Below, one piece after another: positions 51,198 through 60,638 of a stretch of DNA of 64,000 nt. The position numbers and the translations under genes were made by a program. The DNA is taken from positions 3,030,340 through 3,094,339 of the forward strand of contig OZ244872.1 in assembly GCA_965221215.1 (NCBI GenBank). The letters run 5' to 3'. Below the pieces are notes generated by a model, which did not search any database, had not been told where the DNA came from, and saw nothing but the letters and a program-made list of their open reading frames with translations. Numbering within the stretch: position 1 is the first letter of the stretch; every line of letters starts with the position of its first letter. The stretch is from Candidatus Aldehydirespirator sp. GTDB lineage: Bacteria; Actinomycetota; Acidimicrobiia; Acidimicrobiales; Aldehydirespiratoraceae.

Positions 51198-53510
51198 GTG
51201 TCAGACGAGGGACTGACCGTGTTCAACGGTCGCTACGAACTGCTCCGGCGCATCGGACGGGGCGGAATGGCCGATGTCTATCTGGCCCGCGACGCGTCGC
51301 TCGACCGCCAGGTGGCGGTGAAGGTTCTGTTCCCCGAGTTCGCCAATGATCCCAGTTTCGTCGAGCGTTTCCGCCGGGAGGCCAAGGCCGCGGCCAACCT
51401 GAATCACCCCAACATCGTCGGTATCTACGACTGGGGCCAGGAGCAGGGCACCTACTACATAGTGATGGAGTACGTGGTGGGCCGCAACATGGCCGACGTG
51501 CTGCGCTCCACCGGCCGGCTCAGCCCCGACCGGGCCGCGGAGATCGCGTCGGACGTGGCCGAGGCGCTCAGCAGCGCCCACAACGCCGGCCTGGTGCACC
51601 GCGACATCAAGCTCGGCAACATCATCGTGAGCGACGACGGCCAGGTGAAGGTGGCCGACTTCGGCATAGCCACCGCGCTGGCCCGAAGGACCGGAGAAAA
51701 CCTCACCCATATCGGCTCGGTCATGGGCACGGCCACGTACTTCTCGCCCGAGCAGGCCCAGGACAAGGCTCTCGACGGCCGCAGCGACCTGTACTCGCTG
51801 GGGGTGGTGCTCTACGAGCTGATCGCGGGCCGACCCCCCTTCACCGCGGAGACTTCGACCGCGGTGGCGGTCAAGCATGTGCAGGAACGTCCGCTGCCGC
51901 CGTCGCTGCTGGGCGTGGGCATCGTGGAGTCGCTCGAGGCCATCATCTTGAAGCTGCTGGCCAAGAATCCGGCCAAGCGCTATCCCAAGGCCGACGATCT
52001 GCGCGCCGACCTCCAGCGCTACCTGGCCGGTGCGCACAGCATCGGCGCCCCTGCCCCCCGTGCCGGGACAGCCGAGCGGCCTGCCACACGATCGCCGGCT
52101 GCTCCGGGCGCGACTCCGGACCTTCGCCCGGGCTCGGTGGCGATGTCGGGGCCGCGTCCCGGACCGGCCGGCGCTTCAGACCCGCGCCCGGGCTCGGTGG
52201 CGATGTCGGGCCGGTCGCACACCGGTCCTGTAGCCGCACCGGGGCGGCCCCGCACCGGTCCGGTGGCGATGTCGGGGCGGCCCCCCACTGGCCCGGTGCC
52301 CGCCGCGCCGCGCCGCGGCGCCGGTCCCCCCACCGGTTCCACCGCCCAGGTGCCGGCCGCGCCCGGCTCGGGGCAAGGTCCTCCCCAGCAGTTCGTTCCG
52401 CCGGCCTACTACTACGAGGAGGTCCACCGCTCCGACGGCTGGAAGCGGGCCCTGCTGATGATGCTGGGCCTCGGCGCCCTGGTAGTGGTCCTGGTCTTGT
52501 TGGGAGTGACCTTCTATGAGTCGCTGGGCCTCGACGATGGCAACGGGACCGACGCGCCGGCCGCCTCCGAGGATGTTTCGCTGGTCGATGTGCCCGATGT
52601 GCTGGGGCTGAACTACGCCGACGCCGACGCCCAGCTGCGCTCGATCGGACTGGTGCCGGAGCCCAGCTACCAGGTCAACACCGGCCAGCCCGAGAACACG
52701 GTGATCGCCCAGAGTCCTCCGGCCGGGCAGCGGATCGACGAGGGCACCACGGTGGCGCTCACCGTGAGCCAGGGCGAGACCCCCACGGTGCCGCCGGTGC
52801 GGGGCCGCAACCGGGTCGATGCCACCGACATTCTTCGCAGCGCGGGCTACGAGGTGATCGTGATCGAGGGCGCCAGCCAGGCCGAGGCGGGCATTGTGGT
52901 GGGCCAGGAACCGTCGTCGAACACCGAGCTCGCGCCGGGCGAGGCGGTGACCATCACCGTCTCCACCGGGCCGGGCCAGATCTTCGTGCCCGACCTGCGG
53001 GGCCAGACCCTGAGCCAGGCCTTCCAGACCTTGATCGAACAGGGATTCCGGGTGGGGGAGCGGCGCGAACCCTCGACCACGGTGGAGGAGGGGCAGATCA
53101 TCGACACCGATCCGCCCCACGGATGGCCGGTGTCGAGCGGCTTGGAGGTGTTCGTCATCATCTCGGACGGTCCGCCGCTGGTGGCCATCCCCGACGTCCA
53201 GGGCCTGCTGTTCGACACCGGCAAGCTGGCCATCGAGCGAGCCGGTCTGCTCGTGGGCATCGTGACGTTCGAGCCGGTGGAGCCGGGATCGACCGACGTG
53301 GGCCGGATCCTGGCCCAGACGCCGCCGCCCAATCTCGAAGTGTCGGCCGAGACCCCGGTAGACGTGGTGGTGGGCGAGGTGTCGGAGACCGAGGGCGATC
53401 AAGTCGAGCCGCCCGAGGGCGAAGACACCGAGACCGGAGGCACCGACCAGACCGGCGCCGGCGAGACGGGCGCCGACCAGACCGAGGCCGACTCCGGCAA
53501 CTCTGGCTAG
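51198..53510 (+). CDS. pknB: Ser/Thr protein kinase with four extracellular PASTA domains
   Basis: GRGGMADVY, VAVK, HRDIKLGN, DFGIA, a Pro-rich linker, a TM segment and four PASTA repeats. GTG start. Confidence 0.85.
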   Translation: MSDEGLTVFNGRYELLRRIGRGGMADVYLARDASLDRQVAVKVLFPEFANDPSFVERFRREAKAAANLNHPNIVGIYDWGQEQGTYYIVMEYVVGRNMADVLRSTGRLSPDRAAEIASDVAEALSSAHNAGLVHRDIKLGNIIVSDDGQVKVADFGIATALARRTGENLTHIGSVMGTATYFSPEQAQDKALDGRSDLYSLGVVLYELIAGRPPFTAETSTAVAVKHVQERPLPPSLLGVGIVESLEAIILKLLAKNPAKRYPKADDLRADLQRYLAGAHSIGAPAPRAGTAERPATRSPAAPGATPDLRPGSVAMSGPRPGPAGASDPRPGSVAMSGRSHTGPVAAPGRPRTGPVAMSGRPPTGPVPAAPRRGAGPPTGSTAQVPAAPGSGQGPPQQFVPPAYYYEEVHRSDGWKRALLMMLGLGALVVVLVLLGVTFYESLGLDDGNGTDAPAASEDVSLVDVPDVLGLNYADADAQLRSIGLVPEPSYQVNTGQPENTVIAQSPPAGQRIDEGTTVALTVSQGETPTVPPVRGRNRVDATDILRSAGYEVIVIEGASQAEAGIVVGQEPSSNTELAPGEAVTITVSTGPGQIFVPDLRGQTLSQAFQTLIEQGFRVGERREPSTTVEEGQIIDTDPPHGWPVSSGLEVFVIISDGPPLVAIPDVQGLLFDTGKLAIERAGLLVGIVTFEPVEPGSTDVGRILAQTPPPNLEVSAETPVDVVVGEVSETEGDQVEPPEGEDTETGGTDQTGAGETGADQTEADSGNSG

Positions 53511-53538
53511 AGGCCGAGCTCGAAGGCGGGAGCGGCGC

Positions 53539-54120
53539 TCAGGGGCCGCAGCGGGTCAGGAAGTTGCCGAGCAACTCTCGGCCCGAGTGGGTGAGCACCG
53601 ACTCCGGGTGGAACTGGACGCCCTCGGTCGGGTGGCTCCGGTGCCGCAGCCCCATCACCAGGCCGTCGTCGCAGGTGGCGGTCACCTCCAGCACCGACGG
53701 GACCGAGGCGCGGTCCACGATCAGGGAGTGGTAGCGGGTGGCGGTGATCGGGTTCGCCAGACCGTCGAACACCCCCGACGAGTCGTGCTCGATGACCGAG
53801 GTTTTGCCGTGCATCACCTCTGGGGCCCGGATCACCGCCGCACCGAAGGTCTGACCGATGCACTGCATCCCCAGGCACACCCCGAAGATGGGCACCGAGC
53901 CGCTCAGCGTTGTCAGCAGGTCGTTGCTGACGCCGGCGTCCTGCGGCGTGCCCGGCCCCGGACTGATCAGGATCCCGTCGGGCGCCAGTGCCCGCACCTC
54001 GTCGGCGGTGACCGCGTCGTGGCGGTAGACCAGCGGCTCGGCCCCCAGCTCGCCCAGATACTGGACCAGGATGTACACGAAAGAGTCATAGTTGTCGACA
54101 ACCGCAATCCGAGGCCCCAC
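53539..54120 (-). CDS. trpG: Glutamine amidotransferase component II of anthranilate/aminodeoxychorismate synthase
   Basis: VVDNYDSFVY, catalytic GVCLGMQ, FHPES. The start is taken at GTG 54120; the ORF extends to TTG 54150. Confidence 0.8.
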   Translation of the reverse strand: MGPRIAVVDNYDSFVYILVQYLGELGAEPLVYRHDAVTADEVRALAPDGILISPGPGTPQDAGVSNDLLTTLSGSVPIFGVCLGMQCIGQTFGAAVIRAPEVMHGKTSVIEHDSSGVFDGLANPITATRYHSLIVDRASVPSVLEVTATCDDGLVMGLRHRSHPTEGVQFHPESVLTHSGRELLGNFLTRCGP

Positions 54121-54198
54121 CCCCAAAACGCTACCGGTCACCAACCGCAAGGCCGTCGGCCGGACGACTTCGACGACAGGATCCGTCGGCCGCGGGGC

Positions 54199-56418
54199 CT
54201 AGCGTCGAGCGCTGTTCTTTGCCGCGTCGCGAGCCTCGACCGCCTCCAAGACGTGCAGGGCGATGTCGGCGACCTGCACCGAGTCCTCCTCGGCCCCGTT
54301 GGCCCGCACTCCGTCGTCCATCATGATGTAGCAGAACGGGCAGGCGGTGGCGATGCGCGACGCGCCGGTGTCGAGCAGTTCCTGGGAGCGCTCGTCGTTC
54401 ACCTTGGTGCCGATGGTTTCCTCCATCCACATGCGGGCCCCGCCCGCGCCGCAGCACATGCCCCTATTGCCGTTGCGGGGCGCCTCCACCAGGTCGATGC
54501 CGCCGAGCGAGCCCAGCACCCGCCGCGGCGCCATGTAGACGTCGTTGTGGCGGCCCAGGTAGCAGCTGTCGTGATAGACGACACGCTCGGCCAGGGTGGC
54601 GCCCTCCAGGTCGAGGCGTCCCTCGGCCACCAGCGACTCCAGAAGCTGGCTGTGGTGGATCACCTCGTAGTGCCCGCCGAGCTGCGGGTACTCGTTGGCC
54701 AGCGTGTTGAAGCAGTGGGGGCACTGGGTGACGATCTTGCGCACCCCCATGGAGTTGAGGGTCTCTATGTTGGCCGAGGCCAGCATCTGGAACAGGTACT
54801 CGTTGCCGGAGCGTCGGGCCGAGTCACCGGTGCAGTTCTCGGCCGGGCCGAGAATGGCGAAGTCCACGCCGGCCCGCTCCATGAGCTGGGCCATGGCCCG
54901 GGCCACCTTCTTGTTCTTGTCGTCGAACGATCCCGCGCACCCGACCCAGAACAGGTACTCGGCTTCGAGCGGGTCGCCGCCAGCCACCACCCGCACCCCG
55001 TCGAGGTCTCGGGCCCAGTCGGCCCGCTCGGTCTGGCTCAGCGACCACGGGTTCGACGAGTTCTCCATGCCCCGGAAGGCCTGGCCCAGTTCGGAGGGGA
55101 AATCGCTTTCCATCAAGGTGAGGTAGCGGCGCATGTCGAGGATCTTGTCGAGGATCTCGATGTTGACCGGACAGATCTCGTCGCAAGCCCGACACGACGT
55201 GCAGGCCCACAGCTCCTCGTTGCTGACGCGCTCGAACATCCAGTTGGCCGGCACCTTCACGATCTCGCCGCCGCCGGCCTCGGTCTCGCCCCGGCCGAGG
55301 GGGGGCGACGTGGGCGGGTTGCCGGTCAGGGCCATGACCTCGCCCGTCTTGAGCACGATCTCCCGAGGATCGAGGGGCTTGCCGGTGGCGTGGGCCGGAC
55401 AGACCGAGGTGCAGCGGCCGCACATGGTGCACGCGTCGGTGTCGAGCAGCTGCTTCCACGAGAAGTCCTCCACCACCGACGCCCCGAACGTCTCCAGTTC
55501 GGTGTCGCCCTCCACCAGGTTGGGCATGGGCCGCATGGCACCCTTGGGCCGGTCGCGGTGACGCAGGTACATGTTCAGCGGCGACGTGAACATGTGGCGC
55601 AGCATGGTGGTGGGCAGGATCACCAGGAAGGCCGCGAAGGCGACGACGTGGGCTGCCCACCACGCCTGGTGCCAGCCGTGGACCGAGCCCGAGCTGTCGA
55701 CCAGGGTGGCCAGCGGGTAGCCGATGAAGCTCCAGCGCTCATGGTCGGGCAGACCGTCGGCCGCGATTCGGAAGGCCTCGGCGCCGAATCCGGTGACGCC
55801 GATGGCCAGCAGGACTGCGCCGATGACCGCGTGCTCGGGCCGGGTCTTGATGCGGATGCGGTACGGTCGCCACCACGGCGGTCCGAAGCGGCGCAGGATG
55901 GCCCACACCATCCCGACGATGAACACCGCCCCGGCCGCGTCGCCGACCGCGGCGTAGGCCCGGTACACATCGCCGTGCAGGAACTTGGCGCCGTCGGGAA
56001 GCTGGTGATCGACCTCCAGGGCCGTGGTCACGCCCAGCAGCACCAGGAAGCTGAAGTAGATGAGCGAGTGCATCACCCCGGCGCCGGGCTCCCGCAACAG
56101 CGTGCGCATATAGACGCCGGCCCGGAAGTCGGCCATGCGATGCTTGACGTTGTGACCGGTGGTGCGGCGGTTGTCGGGGCGGCCCCGCTCCCAGTTCTTC
56201 ACCCGGTTGGCGAACAGTACCGACCCGTAAACCAGCAGTATCGGGATTAACGTGTAGAAGGCGGCCTTCAGCGGGCCGGGAACGTTGCCGAAGACCTCGC
56301 GGGTGATGAGGCTGTCACTGTGGAAGCCGGTGATCCCGGCGACGATGCCGGAGAGGGCCGTGAACAGCGCGATGGCGACACCGAGGGCGACGACGACATG
56401 GTGGGGCTTGATCCGCAT
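54199..56418 (-). CDS. Membrane-anchored (Fe-S)-binding oxidoreductase (NarI/DsrM-like TM domain, 2x[4Fe-4S], two CCG domains)
   Basis: CTMCGRCTSVCP and CTSCRACDEICP ferredoxin motifs. CCG-type motifs are CPHCFNT and CPFCYIMM. The start is taken at MRIKPHH (56418). Confidence 0.75.
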   Translation of the reverse strand: MRIKPHHVVVALGVAIALFTALSGIVAGITGFHSDSLITREVFGNVPGPLKAAFYTLIPILLVYGSVLFANRVKNWERGRPDNRRTTGHNVKHRMADFRAGVYMRTLLREPGAGVMHSLIYFSFLVLLGVTTALEVDHQLPDGAKFLHGDVYRAYAAVGDAAGAVFIVGMVWAILRRFGPPWWRPYRIRIKTRPEHAVIGAVLLAIGVTGFGAEAFRIAADGLPDHERWSFIGYPLATLVDSSGSVHGWHQAWWAAHVVAFAAFLVILPTTMLRHMFTSPLNMYLRHRDRPKGAMRPMPNLVEGDTELETFGASVVEDFSWKQLLDTDACTMCGRCTSVCPAHATGKPLDPREIVLKTGEVMALTGNPPTSPPLGRGETEAGGGEIVKVPANWMFERVSNEELWACTSCRACDEICPVNIEILDKILDMRRYLTLMESDFPSELGQAFRGMENSSNPWSLSQTERADWARDLDGVRVVAGGDPLEAEYLFWVGCAGSFDDKNKKVARAMAQLMERAGVDFAILGPAENCTGDSARRSGNEYLFQMLASANIETLNSMGVRKIVTQCPHCFNTLANEYPQLGGHYEVIHHSQLLESLVAEGRLDLEGATLAERVVYHDSCYLGRHNDVYMAPRRVLGSLGGIDLVEAPRNGNRGMCCGAGGARMWMEETIGTKVNDERSQELLDTGASRIATACPFCYIMMDDGVRANGAEEDSVQVADIALHVLEAVEARDAAKNSARR

Positions 56419-56600
56419 GACGGGCGCGACACTACCCGCCGCGGCCGCCTCAGGTAGCGGAGATGGGCCGCTGACTGGAGTTGACGCCGGGCCGCACGAT
56501 CGAGACCCGCGGCCGGATATGAGCGACGGCGACCAGGTGACCAAGCTTCTCCTGTTGCTTGATTTCTCCACGGCAATAGCACGGTTAGCGTTGGCGTTTC

Positions 56601-57365
56601 GTGGCTGCTGACTACATCGAGATTCACGTTGACGAGACCGGTGACCGCGGCTTCGGTTCCAAGTCGTCGCCCTACTTCTGTCTTGCTGCCTGCGCCTTCC
56701 GGCACTCCAACGCCGGGAACGTCGTCCGAGCGATGGAGGCTCTGAACTTCGCGCTTCGTCGTCCGCCAAGACAACCGATCCACGCAGTCGACCACCTGAA
56801 GACTCACGACAAGCTCATGGAAGCCGTCGAGCACCTCTCGAGGTTGCCGGTGAGGGTGTTCTTCGTCGTATTGCCCAAGGCGAGCACGCCAGCCGACGCA
56901 GCCATGAGAAGCGACGACACCCACGTCTACAACTACCTCGCGCGGATGTTGTTGGAGCGCATGAGTTGGTTCGCCAGAGACATTGGGCTACCCGCGCACC
57001 CCGTCTTCGCTGCTGTCGCGCGGATGCCCCGCCGCAGGCTCGACGACTACATATCGACCCTCCAGCGCAAAGACACAACGATTGATTGGCCATGGCTCAA
57101 ACTGCCGGTGGAGGTCGACCAGGCCAAGAACCGGGTGGGAATGCAATGGGCCGACATCGCCGGACGGGCCATGTTGAAGGCGACCACACCCGGAACGAGC
57201 CCGCCGCACCGGATCGAGCCCGTCTACCTCGAGACTCTCGCCCCGGTGACATGGCGGCGTCGCCGCATCGAGAAATACGGGATCAAGTCGGTCCAGTCCG
57301 ACTGGCATCTGACCCAGCCATGGTGGGACCGGGTCACAGGTGCCGTGCCTGAAGGCGGGACTTGA
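56601..57365 (+). CDS. DUF3800 domain protein
   Basis: N-terminal IHVDETGDRG (the DESG-type motif) and later QWADIAGRA (the lQlAD motif). G+C is visibly lower than in the neighbours. GTG start. Confidence 0.6.
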   Translation: MAADYIEIHVDETGDRGFGSKSSPYFCLAACAFRHSNAGNVVRAMEALNFALRRPPRQPIHAVDHLKTHDKLMEAVEHLSRLPVRVFFVVLPKASTPADAAMRSDDTHVYNYLARMLLERMSWFARDIGLPAHPVFAAVARMPRRRLDDYISTLQRKDTTIDWPWLKLPVEVDQAKNRVGMQWADIAGRAMLKATTPGTSPPHRIEPVYLETLAPVTWRRRRIEKYGIKSVQSDWHLTQPWWDRVTGAVPEGGT

Positions 57366-57417
57366 CGCGAAGGGGCGGGGGGCCGGTCCGCCTGAAGTCG
57401 GCTCGCAGGCCGAGTGC

Positions 57418-57735
57418 TCAGGTTTCCCTACGCAGGCGGTGGACTCCGCGCCCCCCGTCACGGTCAATGTAACCGATGGGGTGTGACAATTCCCGACTTG
57501 CGTCACACACATGCTGGCACCCGAGGTGCTCGCAAGCGATCCTGCAGCACCGGTTACAGGTGACCCTTGGCACTTCGCGGAGCCCACCCTCATTGCTCTT
57601 GTCCCCTCGATCCGCGAGCGAGCAGATCAGATTTCCAATATGAGATTCCGTCCAGAACCGCCTGAGGCGGTAGGGTGGCGCCTCCAAGCGCTTGCAGCAC
57701 GGGCAGGTGCACATCTGCCAGAAGCAGGATGCCAA
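57418..57735 (-). CDS. Candidate Cys-rich small protein (up to 105 aa, 12 Cys)
   Basis: ORF with CTCPCC ... CNRCCRIACEHLGCQHVC clusters in a lower-G+C spacer. The start is TTG, or the internal ATG at codon 8. No family was recognised and it may be non-coding. Confidence 0.3.
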   Translation of the reverse strand: MASCFWQMCTCPCCKRLEAPPYRLRRFWTESHIGNLICSLADRGDKSNEGGLREVPRVTCNRCCRIACEHLGCQHVCDASRELSHPIGYIDRDGGRGVHRLRRET

Positions 57736-58454
57736 CGCCGCGAAAGCGAGGTCCTCAAGCCGTGGAGACAGACGCAGTGTTCACCTCAGCGCCGCCGGTG
57801 CCGCAGCCGTCGGTTCATGAGAACGTGCTGCACTATTTGCGCAAGCTGATCATCACCGGGGAGCTCCCCCCGGGCGAAAAGATCCCGCTCGACGCGGTGG
57901 CCAGAACATGCGGGGTGAGCCCGGTTCCGGTGCGTGAGGCGCTGCGCCAGCTCCAAAACGAAGGGGTCGTCATCAATGAGCCGCGTCGCGGCTATTGGGT
58001 TGCGCGCCACTCGCGTGAGGAGTTCACCGAGTTGCAGCAGATCACGTTGCTACTGGAGTGCGAGGCGATCCGCAGCGGTGCCTCCCAAATCACCGATGAC
58101 GATCTTGAGCGCATGGACGCGTACCGCGTCGAGATGGAGCAGGCGCTCTCCGCGGGCGACCTGTGGACTGCCAGTGTCGCTCACCGTGAGATGCACTTCG
58201 TGCCCTACCGGGCGTCGGGTCGCAAGATCCTCGTCCGCGAGATCGAGCGGCTGTGGGAGCACACCGACCACTACCGGGTGCTGTACCTCTACAAGGACAA
58301 GGACGTCCAGGAGGTGTCCCTTGACCAGCACCTCGGGCTGATCGACGCGTGCCGCGCTCGCGACGCCGAGATGCTGGTGAGGTTGATGACCGCGCACCGG
58401 GAGTTCGCGACAGCAACGATCACGCCGGGCCTTCTCGAGGAGGACAGCCCCTAG
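57729..58454 (+). CDS. GntR-family transcriptional regulator (FadR/FCD subfamily)
   Basis: wHTH segment LPPGEKIPLDAVARTCGVSPVPVREALRQLQNEGVV plus an all-helical FCD-like C-terminal domain. The start is ATG 57729 or GTG 57777. Confidence 0.8.
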   Translation: MPTPRKRGPQAVETDAVFTSAPPVPQPSVHENVLHYLRKLIITGELPPGEKIPLDAVARTCGVSPVPVREALRQLQNEGVVINEPRRGYWVARHSREEFTELQQITLLLECEAIRSGASQITDDDLERMDAYRVEMEQALSAGDLWTASVAHREMHFVPYRASGRKILVREIERLWEHTDHYRVLYLYKDKDVQEVSLDQHLGLIDACRARDAEMLVRLMTAHREFATATITPGLLEEDSP

Positions 58455-58500
58455 CCGGAGGTCGCGAGAGCCACGGCCGATGCCCGACGCTGGCTATGGG

Positions 58501-59487
58501 TCAGTTGTTGACCTGGGGGATAACGAGGCGTCTCAGCAGTTCGAGCTGGGCGGGGTCGTCGCTGGTAGGGCCGAGCACGATGTATTCGCAGCCCCCGTCG
58601 GCGAGGTCGCGAAGACGGGCGACAATCTCGTCTATCGACCCGAAGAAGTAGCTCCTTTCGAGATGCTCGTGGCTGCGGTGCGTGCCCATCGCCTGCTCGA
58701 AGTAGAAGTGCTGCTCAGCGCGGGCCTTCACCGGGTCGCTCGTGTCGACCACGTGGATGAAGTTGCAATGCGCGAACCGGGGACAGGTTGTGCCGCGTGC
58801 AGCCGCCGCGTCCCGTATCAACTGCCAGTCGCGATGCACCCATTGCTGTTGGCCAGAGCATCGAGAAAGCCACCAGTCGGCCCCGAGAATGCGGTCTCGC
58901 ACGGTCCTGGCCAGCACGGGGACGTCGTTGTCGAACTGACCGTCGGGAATGCGCGACCCGCCTGCGACCCACACAGGGGGCATCTTCGGTGGTCGGGGCT
59001 CGATGGTGACATCAGCGAACGAGTAGTACCGGCCCTCGAATGACGCGTTGGGAGTAGTCAACAGCAGCCTGACCGCCTCAACGATCTCGTCGGTGCGCTT
59101 TCCGCGTTCGCTGATGTGGGTGCCAGTTGCTTCGAACTCGGGGCCATACCAGCCCGGGCCGATTCCGAACTGGTAGCGGCCGCCGCTCAGGAAGTCCATG
59201 GTCGCGACCTCCTTGGCGAGAAGCACCGGATCGCGCAGCGGCAGCACCAGGATCCCGGTGCCGACCATCTCGACATCGGGTGCGACCGCGGCGGCGTGGG
59301 TTAGCACGGTCATCGGCTCGAGCCACGCCATGCCATACAGGCCGGGCGCGTGCAGGAGATGATCGATCACCCACAGGTCGATGTCGTGCTCGTTGGCTGT
59401 CTTGGAGAACGCGTCAGTACCTCGGCGGGCTCTGTCGTAGTCGAGCTGCGGGTAGGCGAACGATGGGATCCAGGCTCCGAAGCGCAT
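58501..59487 (-). CDS. LLM-class (luciferase-like) flavin/F420-dependent oxidoreductase
   Basis: 328 aa counted from ATG 59487, with AGAAGGA upstream. TIM-barrel LLM pattern (GTGILVLPLRDPVLLAKEVATMDFLSGGRYQFGIGPGW). Confidence 0.75.
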   Translation of the reverse strand: MRFGAWIPSFAYPQLDYDRARRGTDAFSKTANEHDIDLWVIDHLLHAPGLYGMAWLEPMTVLTHAAAVAPDVEMVGTGILVLPLRDPVLLAKEVATMDFLSGGRYQFGIGPGWYGPEFEATGTHISERGKRTDEIVEAVRLLLTTPNASFEGRYYSFADVTIEPRPPKMPPVWVAGGSRIPDGQFDNDVPVLARTVRDRILGADWWLSRCSGQQQWVHRDWQLIRDAAAARGTTCPRFAHCNFIHVVDTSDPVKARAEQHFYFEQAMGTHRSHEHLERSYFFGSIDEIVARLRDLADGGCEYIVLGPTSDDPAQLELLRRLVIPQVNN

Positions 59488-59537
59488 GGGCGGTCCTTCT
59501 CTTGGGCGGCCAGTGAGTCCGATGGTTTCTACACTCT

Positions 59538-59573
59538 GCAATTTGAAATCGCAAATATTTGATTTTAGATTGC
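59538..59573. promoter_or_regulatory. AT-rich imperfect inverted repeat (candidate operator) in a divergent promoter region
   Basis: GCAATTTGAAATC-n10-GATTTTAGATTGC, arms matching at 11 of 13 positions. It sits in the only AT-rich stretch between the LLM gene and the coxM-like gene. Confidence 0.4.
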
Positions 59574-59672
59574 TCCCATGGTTCACTGTTGGCTATCGGG
59601 CTGTGCGGCCCGCTGGCGCGTGTGCAACGCACCGCAGCGGTCGCCGGGTGAGGGAGGAGGGCAGCGCAGCGC

Positions 59673-60638
59673 ATGAAGCCGCCGAGATTTGCCTACCACG
59701 CCCCCAAGACGCTTCCGGAGGCGCTGGAGATCCTCGCCGAGACCGGTGACGAAGCTGTGGTGTTGGCGGGCGGGCAGAGCCTGTTGCCGATGCTCAACCT
59801 TCGCCTAGCCGCCCCCAGTGATGTGATCGATCTCGGCCGGGTTCCGGGCCTAGACCTGGTGGCCAGAGCAAACGGCGACGTCGAGGTGGGTGCGATGGTC
59901 ACTCACCGCCGCATGGAGACGGACCCGCTGGTAGCAGCGTGCATGCCGCTTGCGAAACACGCCGCGGGCTATGTCGGATATCGCGCCATCCGCAACCGAG
60001 GCACCATCGGCGGCAGCGTTGCACACGCTGACCCCGCAGCGGAATGGCCAATCGTTCTGCTGGCGCTCGACGGCGCTGTCTACCTCGTCTCCGTGCGTGG
60101 CCGGCGCAGCGTCGCGGCAGAGGACTTCTTCGAGTCGGTGTACACCACCGCCAAACGACCCGACGAGGTCGTCACGTCTTTGAGCTTCGGGTCGCGCTTC
60201 GCCCACAGTTGGGGGTTCTCGGAGTTCCAGCGTCGCGTCGGGGACTTCGCCACGGTCGCGGTGGCCGTCGCCTGCGTCATGGAGTCCGGCGAGGTTGCCG
60301 AGGCGCGCGTCGCCATCGCCGGCGTCGCGGACCGGCCGGTGCGGTGCCCCGAAGCTGAAGCCGCGCTGGTTGCCGGGTCACGCTCAGCAGCGAGCGACGC
60401 CGCCGCGGCGGCCTGCGACTCGATCGAACCGATCAGCGACATCCACGGATCGTCGTCGTTCCGCAAGAGGCTGGTCTACGCCGAGACCCAACGCGCAGCC
60501 GTTCAAGCCCTAAGAGGCCGAGCGAGCAGGCGCACCAATCAGCTGCATACGGGCGAGGCCGTGGCCCGAGCGGCCCGTAAGCGCAGCGAACAAGAGCGGG
60601 AGCCAAGGGCCAACGGCGCAGGTGCCGACGATGGCTGA
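59673..60638 (+). CDS. Molybdenum hydroxylase FAD-binding subunit (CoxM/XdhB-like) with a repeat-encoded C-terminal tail
   Basis: AGGQSLLPMLNLRL and RNRGTIGGS motifs. The last ~40 aa (LRGRASRRTNQLHTGEAVARAARKRSEQERE...) are encoded by DR copy E. Confidence 0.8.
   Translation: MKPPRFAYHAPKTLPEALEILAETGDEAVVLAGGQSLLPMLNLRLAAPSDVIDLGRVPGLDLVARANGDVEVGAMVTHRRMETDPLVAACMPLAKHAAGYVGYRAIRNRGTIGGSVAHADPAAEWPIVLLALDGAVYLVSVRGRRSVAAEDFFESVYTTAKRPDEVVTSLSFGSRFAHSWGFSEFQRRVGDFATVAVAVACVMESGEVAEARVAIAGVADRPVRCPEAEAALVAGSRSAASDAAAAACDSIEPISDIHGSSSFRKRLVYAETQRAAVQALRGRASRRTNQLHTGEAVARAARKRSEQEREPRANGAGADDG
60514..60603 (+). repeat. DR family, copy E (left end plus core, inside a CDS 3' end)
   Basis: gaggccgagcgagcaggcg...catacgggcgaggccgtggcccgagcggcccgtaagcgcagcgaacaagagcggga. 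Confidence 0.8.

Noticed and set aside
53587-56250. 887-aa plus-strand ORF antisense to trpG and the Fe-S oxidoreductase
   Set aside because: The opposite strand carries unmistakable GATase and 4Fe-4S/CCG motifs, while this frame has a low-complexity H/G/R/V composition.
57511-57849. 112-aa plus-strand ORF in the DUF3800-GntR spacer
   Set aside because: It overlaps the GntR N-terminus out of frame, has an Arg-rich tail and shows no motifs. The minus-strand Cys-rich frame is the more distinctive candidate and is itself only weakly supported.
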